64,000 nt of DNA from NCBI RefSeq assembly GCF_053078305.1, contig NZ_CP166879.1; one strand, written 5' to 3'. Shown here one piece after another: positions 48,040-64,000 of the stretch. The notes under the pieces were generated by a model. It did no database searches, was not told the DNA's origin, and was given only the letters and a program-made list of their open reading frames with translations. The position numbers and the translations under genes are program-made. The first letter of the stretch is position 1, and every line of letters starts with the position of its first letter.

Positions 48040-48177
48040 CTGGGCGCGAAGGAAAGTGGCGGTGCCGTTCAGACTCTGTTCAGAACACCAGTTACTCAGG
48101 TGAAGGTAGAGATTGGATGCGTAAAACTCGCGGTTCATTTGAGAGTTGAGTTTGAGAAGCATTCCAGCGGTTGCCAT
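48040..48177 (-). pseudogene. ftnB: ftnB (ferritin-like protein) 5' fragment, truncated by prophage right end
   Basis: minus-strand ORF begins [46 protein letters not shown] (ferritin-like N-terminus) then runs into phage end sequence. Confidence 0.7.
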
Positions 48178-48973
48178 ACCTAATATCCTTATATCCAGAA
48201 GTGGAGAGGTGCAAGATAAATCAAAACACCATAATTACTGTTTGCAGAATAATTCCTTTCTGCCGGTCCGAAATGTGATCGTGGAGTCAATTCTGACGAT
48301 GATCTGAAATAAGAATAACGTCTGAACGAGTATAAGAAAATGCTTAAATCATCAAGTTTATATATTTTTACATTTCATTGATGAAATCAATGTAACTGCA
48401 ATGAATTTTAATGATAGTGATTTTTGTATCTTGTTGATATTAATCGATGAATTTGAATTCATGATGAAGTGATGATTTTATAAAACGTTTTTTCATTTTT
48501 GCGAGATGGCTCTCATTATACGTGTTCTGTTAATTAATGAGCACAGTGATAATTAATGGCGAAATGAATGACGCGCATTTTCCACATCTTTGAGTTGTGG
48601 TTATTACACCATTTCAAAAACTCAACGCCAGGTAATGCGGCCTATTGACTGGTTAAAAAGAAGACATCCCGCATGGGTACCAAAGACAACAAGGATTTCC
48701 AGGCTAATCTTATGGATTAATCTGCTGTGCATTCGACAATTTGTCTGACAAATTGGCTTTCCCTTATGTCTTTTCCCGCTAAATTTATGCACGTTCTCAC
48801 TGTAATTCTGCGATGTGATATTGCTCTCCTATGGAGAATTAATTTCTCGCTAAAACTATGTCAACACAGTCACTTATCTTTTAGTTAAAAGGTAATGCTT
48901 TGTTTTCCGATTAATTTAACGAATGTCATTCGTTTTTGCCCTACACAAAACGACACTAAAGCTGGAGAGAACC

Positions 48974-49963
48974 ATGCACAAATTTACTAAAGCCCTGGCA
49001 GCCATTGGTCTGGCAGCCGTTATGTCACAATCCGCTATGGCGGAGAACCTGAAGCTCGGTTTCCTGGTGAAGCAACCGGAAGAGCCGTGGTTCCAGACCG
49101 AATGGAAGTTTGCCGATAAAGCTGGGAAGGATTTAGGGTTTGAAGTTATTAAGATTGCCGTGCCGGATGGCGAAAAAACATTGAACGCTATCGACAGCCT
49201 GGCTGCCAGTGGCGCGAAAGGTTTCGTTATTTGTACTCCGGACCCGAAACTCGGCTCTGCCATCGTGGCGAAAGCGCGTGGCTACGATATGAAAGTCATT
49301 GCCGTGGATGACCAGTTTGTTAACGCCAAAGGTAAGCCAATGGATACCGTTCCTCTGGTGATGATGGCGGCGACTAAAATTGGCGAACGTCAGGGCCAGG
49401 AACTGTATAAAGAGATGCAGAAACGTGGCTGGGATGTCAAAGAAAGCGCGGTGATGGCGATTACCTCCAACGAACTGGATACGGCTCGTCGCCGTACTAC
49501 GGGTTCTATGGATGCGCTGAAAGCTGCAGGATTCCCGGAAAAACAAATTTATCAGGTACCTACCAAATCTAACGACATCCCCGGGGCATTTGACGCTGCC
49601 AACTCAATGCTGGTTCAACATCCGGAAGTTAAACATTGGCTGATCGTCGGTATGAACGACAGCACCGTGCTGGGCGGCGTACGCGCGACGGAAGGTCAGG
49701 GCTTTAAAGCGGCCGATATCATCGGTATCGGTATTAACGGTGTGGATGCGGTGAGCGAACTGTCTAAGGCACAGGCAACCGGCTTCTACGGTTCCCTGTT
49801 GCCAAGCCCGGACGTACATGGTTATAAGTCCAGCGAAATGCTTTACAACTGGGTAGCAAAAGGTGTTGAACCGACCAAATTCACCGAAGTTACCGACGTG
49901 GTGCTGATCACGCGTGACAACTTTAAAGAAGAACTGGAGAAAAAAGGTTTAGGCGGTAAGTAA
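48974..49963 (+). CDS. araF: L-arabinose ABC transporter periplasmic binding protein
   Basis: 329 aa from MHKFTKALAAIGLAAVMSQSAMA signal peptide; followed by araG and araH. Confidence 0.9.
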   Translation: MHKFTKALAAIGLAAVMSQSAMAENLKLGFLVKQPEEPWFQTEWKFADKAGKDLGFEVIKIAVPDGEKTLNAIDSLAASGAKGFVICTPDPKLGSAIVAKARGYDMKVIAVDDQFVNAKGKPMDTVPLVMMAATKIGERQGQELYKEMQKRGWDVKESAVMAITSNELDTARRRTTGSMDALKAAGFPEKQIYQVPTKSNDIPGAFDAANSMLVQHPEVKHWLIVGMNDSTVLGGVRATEGQGFKAADIIGIGINGVDAVSELSKAQATGFYGSLLPSPDVHGYKSSEMLYNWVAKGVEPTKFTEVTDVVLITRDNFKEELEKKGLGGK

Positions 49964-50032
49964 TTTGCCGGAAAAATTCCCCTCTGCATGATGCAGAGGG
50001 GGTGTGAACGACCAGTGATTCACGGAGACGTT

Positions 50033-51547
50033 ATGCAACAGTCTACCCCGTATCTCTCATTTCGCGGCATCGGTAAAACGTTTCCCGGCGTTAAGGCGCT
50101 GACGGATATTAGTTTTGACTGCTATGCCGCTCAGGTTCATGCGTTGATGGGTGAAAATGGCGCAGGAAAATCAACTCTCTTAAAAATCCTCAGCGGCAAC
50201 TATGCGCCAACCACGGGTTCTGTAGTGATTAATGGGCAGGAAATGTCCTTTTCCGACACGACCGCAGCACTTAACGCGGGTGTGGCGATTATTTACCAGG
50301 AACTGCATCTCGTGCCGGAAATGACCGTCGCGGAAAACATCTATCTCGGCCAGCTGCCGCATAAAGGCGGCATTGTGAATCGCTCATTGCTGAATTATGA
50401 GGCGGGTTTACAACTTAAACATCTTGGTATGGATATTGACCCGGACACGCCGCTGAAATATCTCTCCATTGGTCAGTGGCAGATGGTTGAAATCGCCAAA
50501 GCGCTGGCGCGTAACGCTAAAATTATCGCCTTTGATGAGCCAACCAGCTCCCTTTCTGCCCGCGAAATCGACAATCTTTTCCGCGTTATTCGTGAACTGC
50601 GAAAAGAGGGGCGGGTGATCTTATACGTTTCTCACCGTATGGAAGAAATATTTGCCCTCAGCGATGCCATCACTGTCTTTAAAGATGGACGTTATGTCAA
50701 AACCTTTACCGATATGCAGCAGGTTGACCACGACGCGCTGGTGCAGGCGATGGTCGGGCGCGACATTGGCGATATCTACGGCTGGCAACCGCGTAGTTAT
50801 GGCGAGGAGCGCCTGCGTCTTGATGCTGTGAAAGCACCAGGCGTGCGTACGCCAATAAGTCTGGCGGTTCGCAGTGGTGAAATTGTTGGGCTGTTTGGTC
50901 TGGTAGGGGCGGGGCGTAGCGAATTAATGAAAGGCATGTTTGGCGGGACGCAAATCACCGCCGGTCAGGTTTATATCGACCAACAGCCGATCGATATTCG
51001 TAAACCGAGCCACGCCATTGCCGCAGGCATGATGCTCTGCCCGGAAGATCGCAAAGCGGAAGGCATTATTCCCGTGCACTCCGTTCGCGACAATATCAAC
51101 ATCAGTGCCAGACGTAAACATGTGCTCGGCGGTTGTGTAATCAACAACGGTTGGGAAGAAAACAATGCCGATCACCACATTCGTTCGCTCAACATCAAAA
51201 CGCCGGGCGCGGAGCAACTGATCATGAATCTCTCAGGCGGAAATCAGCAAAAAGCCATTCTGGGCCGCTGGTTATCGGAAGAGATGAAGGTCATTTTGCT
51301 GGATGAACCTACGCGCGGCATTGATGTTGGCGCTAAGCACGAAATATATAACGTAATTTATGCGCTGGCGGCGCAGGGCGTGGCGGTGCTGTTTGCCTCC
51401 AGCGACTTACCTGAAGTCCTCGGCGTTGCCGACCGGATTGTGGTGATGCGGGAAGGTGAAATCGCCGGTGAATTGTTACACGAGCAGGCAGATGAGCGTC
51501 AGGCACTGAGCCTTGCGATGCCTAAAGTCAGCCAGGCAGTTGCCTGA
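50033..51547 (+). CDS. araG: L-arabinose ABC transporter ATP-binding protein (duplicated ABC domains)
   Basis: ~504 aa from [10 protein letters not shown]; Walker [10 protein letters not shown] and second P-loop GLVGAGRSE; LSGGNQQK signature. Confidence 0.9.
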   Translation: MQQSTPYLSFRGIGKTFPGVKALTDISFDCYAAQVHALMGENGAGKSTLLKILSGNYAPTTGSVVINGQEMSFSDTTAALNAGVAIIYQELHLVPEMTVAENIYLGQLPHKGGIVNRSLLNYEAGLQLKHLGMDIDPDTPLKYLSIGQWQMVEIAKALARNAKIIAFDEPTSSLSAREIDNLFRVIRELRKEGRVILYVSHRMEEIFALSDAITVFKDGRYVKTFTDMQQVDHDALVQAMVGRDIGDIYGWQPRSYGEERLRLDAVKAPGVRTPISLAVRSGEIVGLFGLVGAGRSELMKGMFGGTQITAGQVYIDQQPIDIRKPSHAIAAGMMLCPEDRKAEGIIPVHSVRDNINISARRKHVLGGCVINNGWEENNADHHIRSLNIKTPGAEQLIMNLSGGNQQKAILGRWLSEEMKVILLDEPTRGIDVGAKHEIYNVIYALAAQGVAVLFASSDLPEVLGVADRIVVMREGEIAGELLHEQADERQALSLAMPKVSQAVA

Positions 51548-51561
51548 GTAAGGAGAGTATG

Positions 51562-54914
<3,353 letters not shown>

Positions 54915-54920
54915 GAGCGG

Positions 54921-55349
54921 TTAATCTCCTGTAAGTGGAACTAACAGCACATCGACCTCACTTGAGGCAATCACTCTTTTCGCCGAGCAGGATGCTCGCG
55001 AAAAGAAACTGTGATTGTGATTACCGCAAATCACCAAATCGAAATGATATTTGCGACAAACTTCCAGAATATGTTCGCTTAACTCACCGTAGGCAATAAA
55101 CGTCTTGTCAACGGGATACCCCGCATCCTGAATTAACTTATCAAGAAAGCTTTGCGTTTCTTCCTGCATCACGCTGCGTAAATCTTCAAGCATCGGCGCA
55201 GCTAATTGATTGTACATTTCCGGGTCGGAAGCGAGAGTAATTAAACTGATGTGTCCCTTTACTGGCCTGGCGATAGATACCGCTTTTGCCAGCAGTTGCT
55301 GACTTTCCGGTGTAACCGCAACAGCGACAAGAATATTGCTATAGCTCAT
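54921..55349 (-). CDS. uspC: universal stress protein C
   Basis: 142 aa UspA-family; convergent with otsA; upstream of flhDC regulatory region. Confidence 0.8.
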   Translation of the reverse strand: MSYSNILVAVAVTPESQQLLAKAVSIARPVKGHISLITLASDPEMYNQLAAPMLEDLRSVMQEETQSFLDKLIQDAGYPVDKTFIAYGELSEHILEVCRKYHFDLVICGNHNHSFFSRASCSAKRVIASSEVDVLLVPLTGD

Positions 55350-56128
55350 AACCTGTTCCTTATTCTGTGAACTTCAGGTGACATTAAAGCTTTACTCCTA
55401 ATGGAGAAACGACGCAATCCCAACTCAGTCAAACAGGTAAATATTAGTCTGATTATTAGTAAAGACAATTAATTAATCACTCTCGGTGATCATATGATTT
55501 CAACTGTAATTATAAGAAAATAATTTACTGATTCCCCGCATTAAACAAGTGGTTAATATATGCAAAACATTTTATTAACATTAAGTTGATTGTTGCCTTT
55601 CTTTGTATTTAATTAGTTTGTTGTGCGGTAAGTGTCTGTTTAAAAATAGCTTATCTGGTATTGCATGAAAGTGATTATTTATAGCAGATGATTATTTACG
55701 GTGAGTTATTTTAACTGTGCGCAACATCCCATTTCGATTATTCCTGTTTCATTTTTGCTTGCTAGCGTAGCGAAAAACTTTTTAACAGATTGAAATACAC
55801 CCAAAACAAAAGTATGACTTATACATTTATGTTAAGTAATTGAGTGTTTTGTGTGATCTGCATCACACATTATTGAAAATCGCAGCCCCCCTCCGTTGTA
55901 TGTGCGTGTAGTGACGAGTACAGTTGCGTCGATTTAGGAAAAATCTTAGATAAGTGTAAAGACCCCCTTCTATTTGTAAGGACTTATTAAACCAAAAAGG
56001 TGGCTCTGCTTATTGCAGCTTATCGCAACTATTCTAATGCTAATTATTTTTTACCGGGGCTTCCCGGCGACATCACGGGGTGCGGTGAAACCGCATAAAA
56101 ATAAAGTTGGTTATTCTGGGTGGGAATA

Positions 56129-56479
56129 ATGCATACCTCCGAGTTGCTGAAACACATTTATGACATCAACTTGTCATATTTACTACTTGCACAGCGTCTG
56201 ATTGTTCAGGACAAAGCGTCCGCTATGTTTCGTCTCGGCATAAATGAAGAAATGGCGACAACATTAGCGGCACTGACTCTTCCGCAAATGGTTAAGCTGG
56301 CAGAAACCAATCAGCTGGTTTGTCACTTCCGTTTTGACAGCCACCAGACGATTACTCAGTTGACGCAAGATTCCCGCGTTGACGATCTCCAGCAAATTCA
56401 TACCGGCATCATGCTCTCAACACGCTTGCTGAACGATGTTAATCAGCCTGAAGAAGCGCTGCGCAAGAAAAGGGCCTGA
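56129..56479 (+). CDS. flhD: flagellar master regulator subunit FlhD
   Basis: 116 aa from [24 protein letters not shown]. Confidence 0.95.
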
Positions 56480-56481
56480 TC

Positions 56482-57060
56482 ATGAGTGAAAAAAGCATTG
56501 TTCAGGAAGCGCGGGATATTCAGCTGGCAATGGAATTGATCACCCTGGGCGCTCGTTTGCAGATGCTGGAAAGCGAAACACAGTTAAGTCGCGGACGCCT
56601 GATAAAACTTTATAAAGAACTGCGCGGAAGCCCACCGCCGAAAGGCATGCTGCCATTCTCAACCGACTGGTTTATGACCTGGGAACAAAACGTTCATGCT
56701 TCGATGTTCTGTAATGCATGGCAGTTTTTACTGAAAACCGGTTTGTGTAATGGCGTCGATGCGGTGATCAAAGCCTACCGTTTATACCTTGAACAGTGCC
56801 CGCAAGCAGAAGAAGGACCGCTGCTGGCATTAACCCGTGCCTGGACATTGGTGCGGTTTGTTGAAAGTGGATTACTGCAACTTTCCAGCTGCAACTGCTG
56901 CGGCGGCAATTTTATTACCCACGCTCACCAGCCTGTTGGCAGCTTTGCCTGCAGCTTATGTCAACCGCCATCCCGGGCAGTAAAAAGACGTAAACTTTCC
57001 CAGAATCCTGCCGATATTATCCCACAACTGCTGGATGAACAGAGAGTACAGGCTGTTTAA
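56482..57060 (+). CDS. flhC: flagellar master regulator subunit FlhC
   Basis: 192 aa; Cys-rich zinc site [10 protein letters not shown]...CSLCQPP. Confidence 0.95.
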
Positions 57061-57086
57061 CTGATACGGTGTGGCGCAACATTCCA

Positions 57087-57118
57087 GCAGCGGTAACGAC
57101 GTACCGCTGCTTTTTTTT
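57087..57118 (+). terminator. rho-independent terminator after flhC
   Basis: stem GCAGCGGTAC/GTACCGCTGC followed by TTTTTTTT. Confidence 0.7.
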
Positions 57119-57186
57119 GCCCCAATCGCGCGTTAACGCCTGACGACTGAACATCCTGTCATGGTCAACAGTGGAAGGATGATGTC

Positions 57187-58070
57187 GTGCTTATCTTATT
57201 AGGTTACCTGGTTGTTCTCGGTACAGTTTTCGGCGGTTATTTGATGACCGGTGGAAGCCTTGGAGCACTCTATCAACCCGCTGAACTGGTGATTATTGCC
57301 GGTGCAGGGATTGGGTCGTTTATCGTCGGCAATAATGGCAAAGCGATTAAAGGCACGCTGAAGGCGCTGCCGTTGCTGTTTCGTCGCTCCAAATACACCA
57401 AAGCAATGTATATGGATCTGCTGGCTCTGCTTTATCGGTTGATGGCGAAATCGCGGCAGATGGGGATGTTTTCGCTGGAACGTGATATTGAAAATCCCCG
57501 TGAGAGCGAGATCTTCGCCAGCTACCCACGCATCCTTGCGGATGGCGTCATGCTTGATTTTATCGTCGATTATCTGCGCCTGATTATCAGCGGTCACATG
57601 AACACCTTCGAAATCGAATCCCTGATGGATGAAGAGATTGAGACGCACGAAAGCGAGGCAGAAGTCCCGGCGAACAGTCTGGCGCTGGTCGGGGACTCAC
57701 TTCCGGCGTTTGGTATTGTCGCGGCTGTAATGGGGGTCGTTCACGCGTTAGGTTCAGCCGATCGTCCTGCCGCCGAGCTGGGGGCGCTTATCGCACATGC
57801 GATGGTGGGGACTTTCCTCGGCATTTTATTGGCTTACGGATTTATTTCCCCATTAGCGAGTGTTTTACGTCAGAAAAGCGCCGAAACCAGCAAAATGATG
57901 CAGTGCGTCAAAGTCACACTGCTTTCTAATCTGAACGGTTACGCACCGCCTATCGCCGTTGAGTTTGGTCGCAAAACGCTCTATTCCAGCGAACGTCCGT
58001 CGTTTATTGAACTGGAAGAGCATGTGCGTGCGGTGAAAAATCCGCAACAACAGACGACAACCGAGGAAGC

Positions 58071-58074
<4 letters not shown>
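57187..58074 (+). CDS. motA: flagellar motor stator protein MotA
   Basis: 295 aa, four-TM proton-channel protein; followed by motB. Confidence 0.95.
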
Positions 58075-60966
<2,892 letters not shown>

Positions 60967-60986
60967 ATGAGTAAAAAGGTAACAAT

Positions 60987-61490
60987 ATGACCGGTATGAC
61001 GAATGTAACAAAGCTGGCCAGCGAGCCGTCAGGCCAGGAATTTCTGGTATTTACCCTTGGTGATGAAGAGTACGGTATTGATATCCTGAAAGTGCAGGAG
61101 ATCCGTGGCTACGATCAGGTAACACGGATTGCGAACACGCCAGCGTTTATCAAAGGCGTCACGAATCTGCGCGGCGTTATTGTGCCGATTGTTGACTTAC
61201 GAATTAAGTTCAGCCAGGTGGATGTGGACTATAACGACAACACGGTAGTTATCGTCCTGAATCTCGGACAGCGGGTGGTCGGCATCGTGGTTGACGGCGT
61301 TTCAGACGTGCTTTCATTGACGGCGGAGCAAATTCGTCCGGCACCGGAATTTGCCGTGACGCTTTCAACAGAATATCTCACTGGACTGGGCGCACTGGGC
61401 GACCGGATGTTGATTCTGGTGAACATCGAAAAACTGCTGAACAGCGAAGAGATGGCGCTGTTAGAAAGCGCGGCGTCAGAAGTGGCGTAA
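60987..61490 (+). CDS. cheW: chemotaxis coupling protein CheW
   Basis: 167 aa. Confidence 0.95.
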   Translation: MTGMTNVTKLASEPSGQEFLVFTLGDEEYGIDILKVQEIRGYDQVTRIANTPAFIKGVTNLRGVIVPIVDLRIKFSQVDVDYNDNTVVIVLNLGQRVVGIVVDGVSDVLSLTAEQIRPAPEFAVTLSTEYLTGLGALGDRMLILVNIEKLLNSEEMALLESAASEVA

Positions 61491-61527
61491 TTCTCCCGAT
61501 TTCCTCAATTGAAATGAACCCGATGAT

Positions 61528-61556
61528 CTGCGCATCGGGTTTTTTATTTCAATTTT
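61528..61556 (+). terminator. rho-independent terminator after cheW
   Basis: stem ACCCGATG/CATCGGGT followed by TTTTT. Confidence 0.7.
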
Positions 61557-61566
61557 GCGGCGGGTG

Positions 61567-61593
61567 GCATCAGCAATAAAGTTTCCCCCCTTC
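61567..61593 (+). promoter_or_regulatory. sigma-28 (FliA) class III promoter of tar
   Basis: TAAAGTTT-N11-GCCGATAA, exact match to sigma-28 consensus, ~45 bp upstream of tar start. Confidence 0.8.
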
Positions 61594-61634
61594 TTGCCGA
61601 TAACGAGATCAACTTGTTTTCAGGAAGGTGCCTT

Positions 61635-63296
61635 ATGATTAACCGTATCCGCGTAGTCACGCTGTTGGTCATGGTGCTGGGGGTATTCGCACTGTTACAG
61701 CTTATTTCCGGCAGTCTGTTTTTTTCTTCCCTTCACCATAGCCAGAAGAGCTTTGTGGTTTCCAATCAATTACGGGAACAGCAGGGCGAGCTGACGTCAA
61801 CCTGGGATTTAATGCTGCAAACGCGCATTAACCTGAGTCGTTCAGCGGTGCGAATGATGATGGATTCCTCCAATCAACAAAGTAATGCCAAAGTTGAATT
61901 GCTCGATAGCGCCAGGAAAACATTGGCCCAGGCCGCGACTCATTATAAAAAATTCAAAAGCATGGCACCGTTACCTGAAATGGTCGCTACCAGTCGTAAT
62001 ATTGATGAAAAATATAAAAACTATTACACAGCGTTAACTGAACTGATTGATTATCTTGATTATGGCAATACTGGAGCTTATTTCGCTCAGCCAACCCAGG
62101 GAATGCAAAATGCAATGGGCGAAGCGTTTGCTCAGTACGCCCTCAGCAGTGAAAAACTGTATCGCGATATCGTCACTGACAACGCAGATGATTACCGATT
62201 TGCCCAGTGGCAACTGGCGGTTATCGCGCTGGTGGTAGTATTGATTCTGCTGGTGGCGTGGTACGGCATTCGCCGTATGTTGCTTACACCGCTGGCAAAA
62301 ATTATTGCTCACATTCGCGAAATCGCCGGTGGTAACCTGGCGAATACCCTGACCATTGACGGGCGCAGTGAAATGGGCGACCTGGCGCAGAGCGTTTCAC
62401 ATATGCAACGCTCTTTGACTGACACCGTCACTCATGTCCGCGAAGGTTCAGATGCCATCTATGCCGGTACCCGTGAAATTGCGGCGGGCAACACCGATCT
62501 TTCCTCCCGTACTGAACAGCAGGCATCCGCGCTGGAAGAAACTGCCGCCAGCATGGAGCAGCTCACCGCGACAGTGAAGCAAAATGCCGATAACGCCCGC
62601 CAGGCCTCGCAACTGGCGCAAAGTGCCTCCGACACCGCCCAGCACGGCGGCAAAGTGGTGGATGGCGTAGTGAAAACGATGCATGAGATCGCCGATAGTT
62701 CGAAGAAAATTGCCGACATTATCAGCGTTATCGACGGTATTGCCTTCCAGACTAATATCCTCGCGCTGAATGCCGCGGTTGAAGCCGCGCGAGCGGGTGA
62801 ACAGGGCCGTGGTTTTGCCGTGGTGGCGGGCGAAGTGCGTAATCTTGCCAGTCGTAGCGCCCAGGCGGCAAAAGAGATCAAAGCTCTCATTGAAGACTCC
62901 GTCTCGCGCGTTGATACCGGTTCGGTGCTGGTCGAAAGCGCCGGGGAAACAATGAACAATATCGTCAATGCTGTCACTCGCGTGACTGACATTATGGGCG
63001 AGATTGCATCGGCATCGGATGAACAGAGCCGTGGCATCGATCAAGTCGCATTGGCGGTTTCGGAAATGGATCGCGTCACGCAACAGAACGCATCGCTGGT
63101 GCAGGAATCAGCTGCCGCCGCAGCTGCGCTGGAAGAACAGGCAAGTCGTTTAACGCAAGCGGTTTCCGCGTTTCGTCTGGCAGCCAGCCCACTCACCAAT
63201 AAACCGCAAACACCATCCCGTCCTGCTAGTGAGCAACCACCGGCACAGCCACGACTGCGAATTGCTGAACAAGATCCAAACTGGGAAACATTTTGA
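61635..63296 (+). CDS. tar: methyl-accepting chemotaxis protein II (aspartate/maltose chemoreceptor)
   Basis: 553 aa from MINRIRVV; two TM segments, HAMP, methylation helices, C-terminal NWETF. Confidence 0.9.
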   Translation: MINRIRVVTLLVMVLGVFALLQLISGSLFFSSLHHSQKSFVVSNQLREQQGELTSTWDLMLQTRINLSRSAVRMMMDSSNQQSNAKVELLDSARKTLAQAATHYKKFKSMAPLPEMVATSRNIDEKYKNYYTALTELIDYLDYGNTGAYFAQPTQGMQNAMGEAFAQYALSSEKLYRDIVTDNADDYRFAQWQLAVIALVVVLILLVAWYGIRRMLLTPLAKIIAHIREIAGGNLANTLTIDGRSEMGDLAQSVSHMQRSLTDTVTHVREGSDAIYAGTREIAAGNTDLSSRTEQQASALEETAASMEQLTATVKQNADNARQASQLAQSASDTAQHGGKVVDGVVKTMHEIADSSKKIADIISVIDGIAFQTNILALNAAVEAARAGEQGRGFAVVAGEVRNLASRSAQAAKEIKALIEDSVSRVDTGSVLVESAGETMNNIVNAVTRVTDIMGEIASASDEQSRGIDQVALAVSEMDRVTQQNASLVQESAAAAAALEEQASRLTQAVSAFRLAASPLTNKPQTPSRPASEQPPAQPRLRIAEQDPNWETF

Positions 63297-63341
63297 CGAG
63301 TATTTACTAACGCGGTCATTGCCGCCTGATGGGGAGCGTTG

Positions 63342-64000
63342 ATGTTTAATCGTATTCGAATTTCGACCACGCTGTTTTTAATTTTGATTCTCTGCGGGAT
63401 CTTGCAGATTGGCAGTAACGGCATGTCTTTTTGGGCATTTCGCGACGATTTGCAACGACTGAATCAGGTCGAGCAGAGCAATCAGCAACGTGCGGCATTA
63501 GCGCAAACTCGGGCGGTAATGTTACAGGCCAGTACCGCGCTGAACAAAGCAGGCACTCTGACAGCGCTTAGCTATCCGGCGGATGACATTAAAACGTTGA
63601 TGACGACGGCGCGCGCCAGTCTGACGCAATCCACCACGCTGTTTAAAAGTTTTATGGCGATGACTGCGGGCAACGAGCACGTCAGGGCATTGCAAAAAGA
63701 GACGGAGAAAAGTTTTGCCCGCTGGCACAACGATCTCGAACATCAGGCGACCTGGCTTGAAAGTAATCAACTTTCGGATTTCCTCACTGCGCCGGTGCAG
63801 GGATCACAGAATGCGTTTGACGTTAACTTTGAGGCCTGGCAGCTGGAGATCAACCATGTGCTGGAAGCTGCCAGTGCGCAAAGCCAGCGTAACTATCAGA
63901 TTTCGGCGCTGGTGTTTATCAGCATGATTATTGTTGCGGCGATCTACATCAGCAGTGCGCTGTGGTGGACGCGCAAGATGATTGTTCAACCACTGGCCAT
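63342..64000 (+). CDS. tap: methyl-accepting chemotaxis protein IV (dipeptide chemoreceptor), partial, runs off window
   Basis: starts MFNRIRISTTLFLILILCGILQIG; no stop before window end; follows tar as in the meche operon. Confidence 0.8.
   Translation, partial: MFNRIRISTTLFLILILCGILQIGSNGMSFWAFRDDLQRLNQVEQSNQQRAALAQTRAVMLQASTALNKAGTLTALSYPADDIKTLMTTARASLTQSTTLFKSFMAMTAGNEHVRALQKETEKSFARWHNDLEHQATWLESNQLSDFLTAPVQGSQNAFDVNFEAWQLEINHVLEAASAQSQRNYQISALVFISMIIVAAIYISSALWWTRKMIVQPLA

Noticed and set aside
55350-56128. Insertion sequence in the flhDC upstream region (common in laboratory K-12 strains)
   Set aside because: The ~780-bp region is AT-rich regulatory DNA with no transposase ORF or terminal inverted repeats; it looks like an uninterrupted native control region.
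62448-63083. Minus-strand ORFs (211 and 192 aa) inside tar
   Set aside because: Antisense to the conserved chemoreceptor gene; no independent support.

Overview
Enterobacterial (E. coli-like) chromosome carrying a complete ~39 kb Mu-like transposable prophage (about 8897-48039). Left flank: colanic-acid capsule genes wcaD-wcaC-wcaB-wcaA-wzc-wzb-wza on the minus strand with an ops/JUMPstart element, then the 5' part of yegH, which is cut by the prophage left end. Prophage, left to right: repressor c, ner, transposase A, ATPase B, a ~6 kb early region of small genes including gam and gemA, a Mor/C-family activator, a holin-less lysis cassette (SAR-type endolysin plus spanins), terminase, portal, F, G, I, major head T, sheath, tube, tape measure, baseplate, tail fiber with a Gin-invertible segment, gin, a ~3 kb cargo insert (685-aa SGNH/sialate-O-acetylesterase-like protein plus three small genes), then com-mom. 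Right flank: a 5' fragment of ftnB reading into the prophage, then araFGH, otsBA, uspC, flhDC, motAB, cheAW, tar and the start of tap. The two flanks are loci that lie ~150 kb apart and in the opposite relative orientation in E. coli K-12 as I recall it, so the prophage appears to sit at an inversion breakpoint. Other points of interest are a degenerate tRNA-Leu-like element antisense between F and G, the esterase cargo module with a dyad- and GATC-rich control region, and a triple Myb/SANT-like repeat protein in the early region. All calls rest on reading the sequence and recalled protein families; no database search was run.
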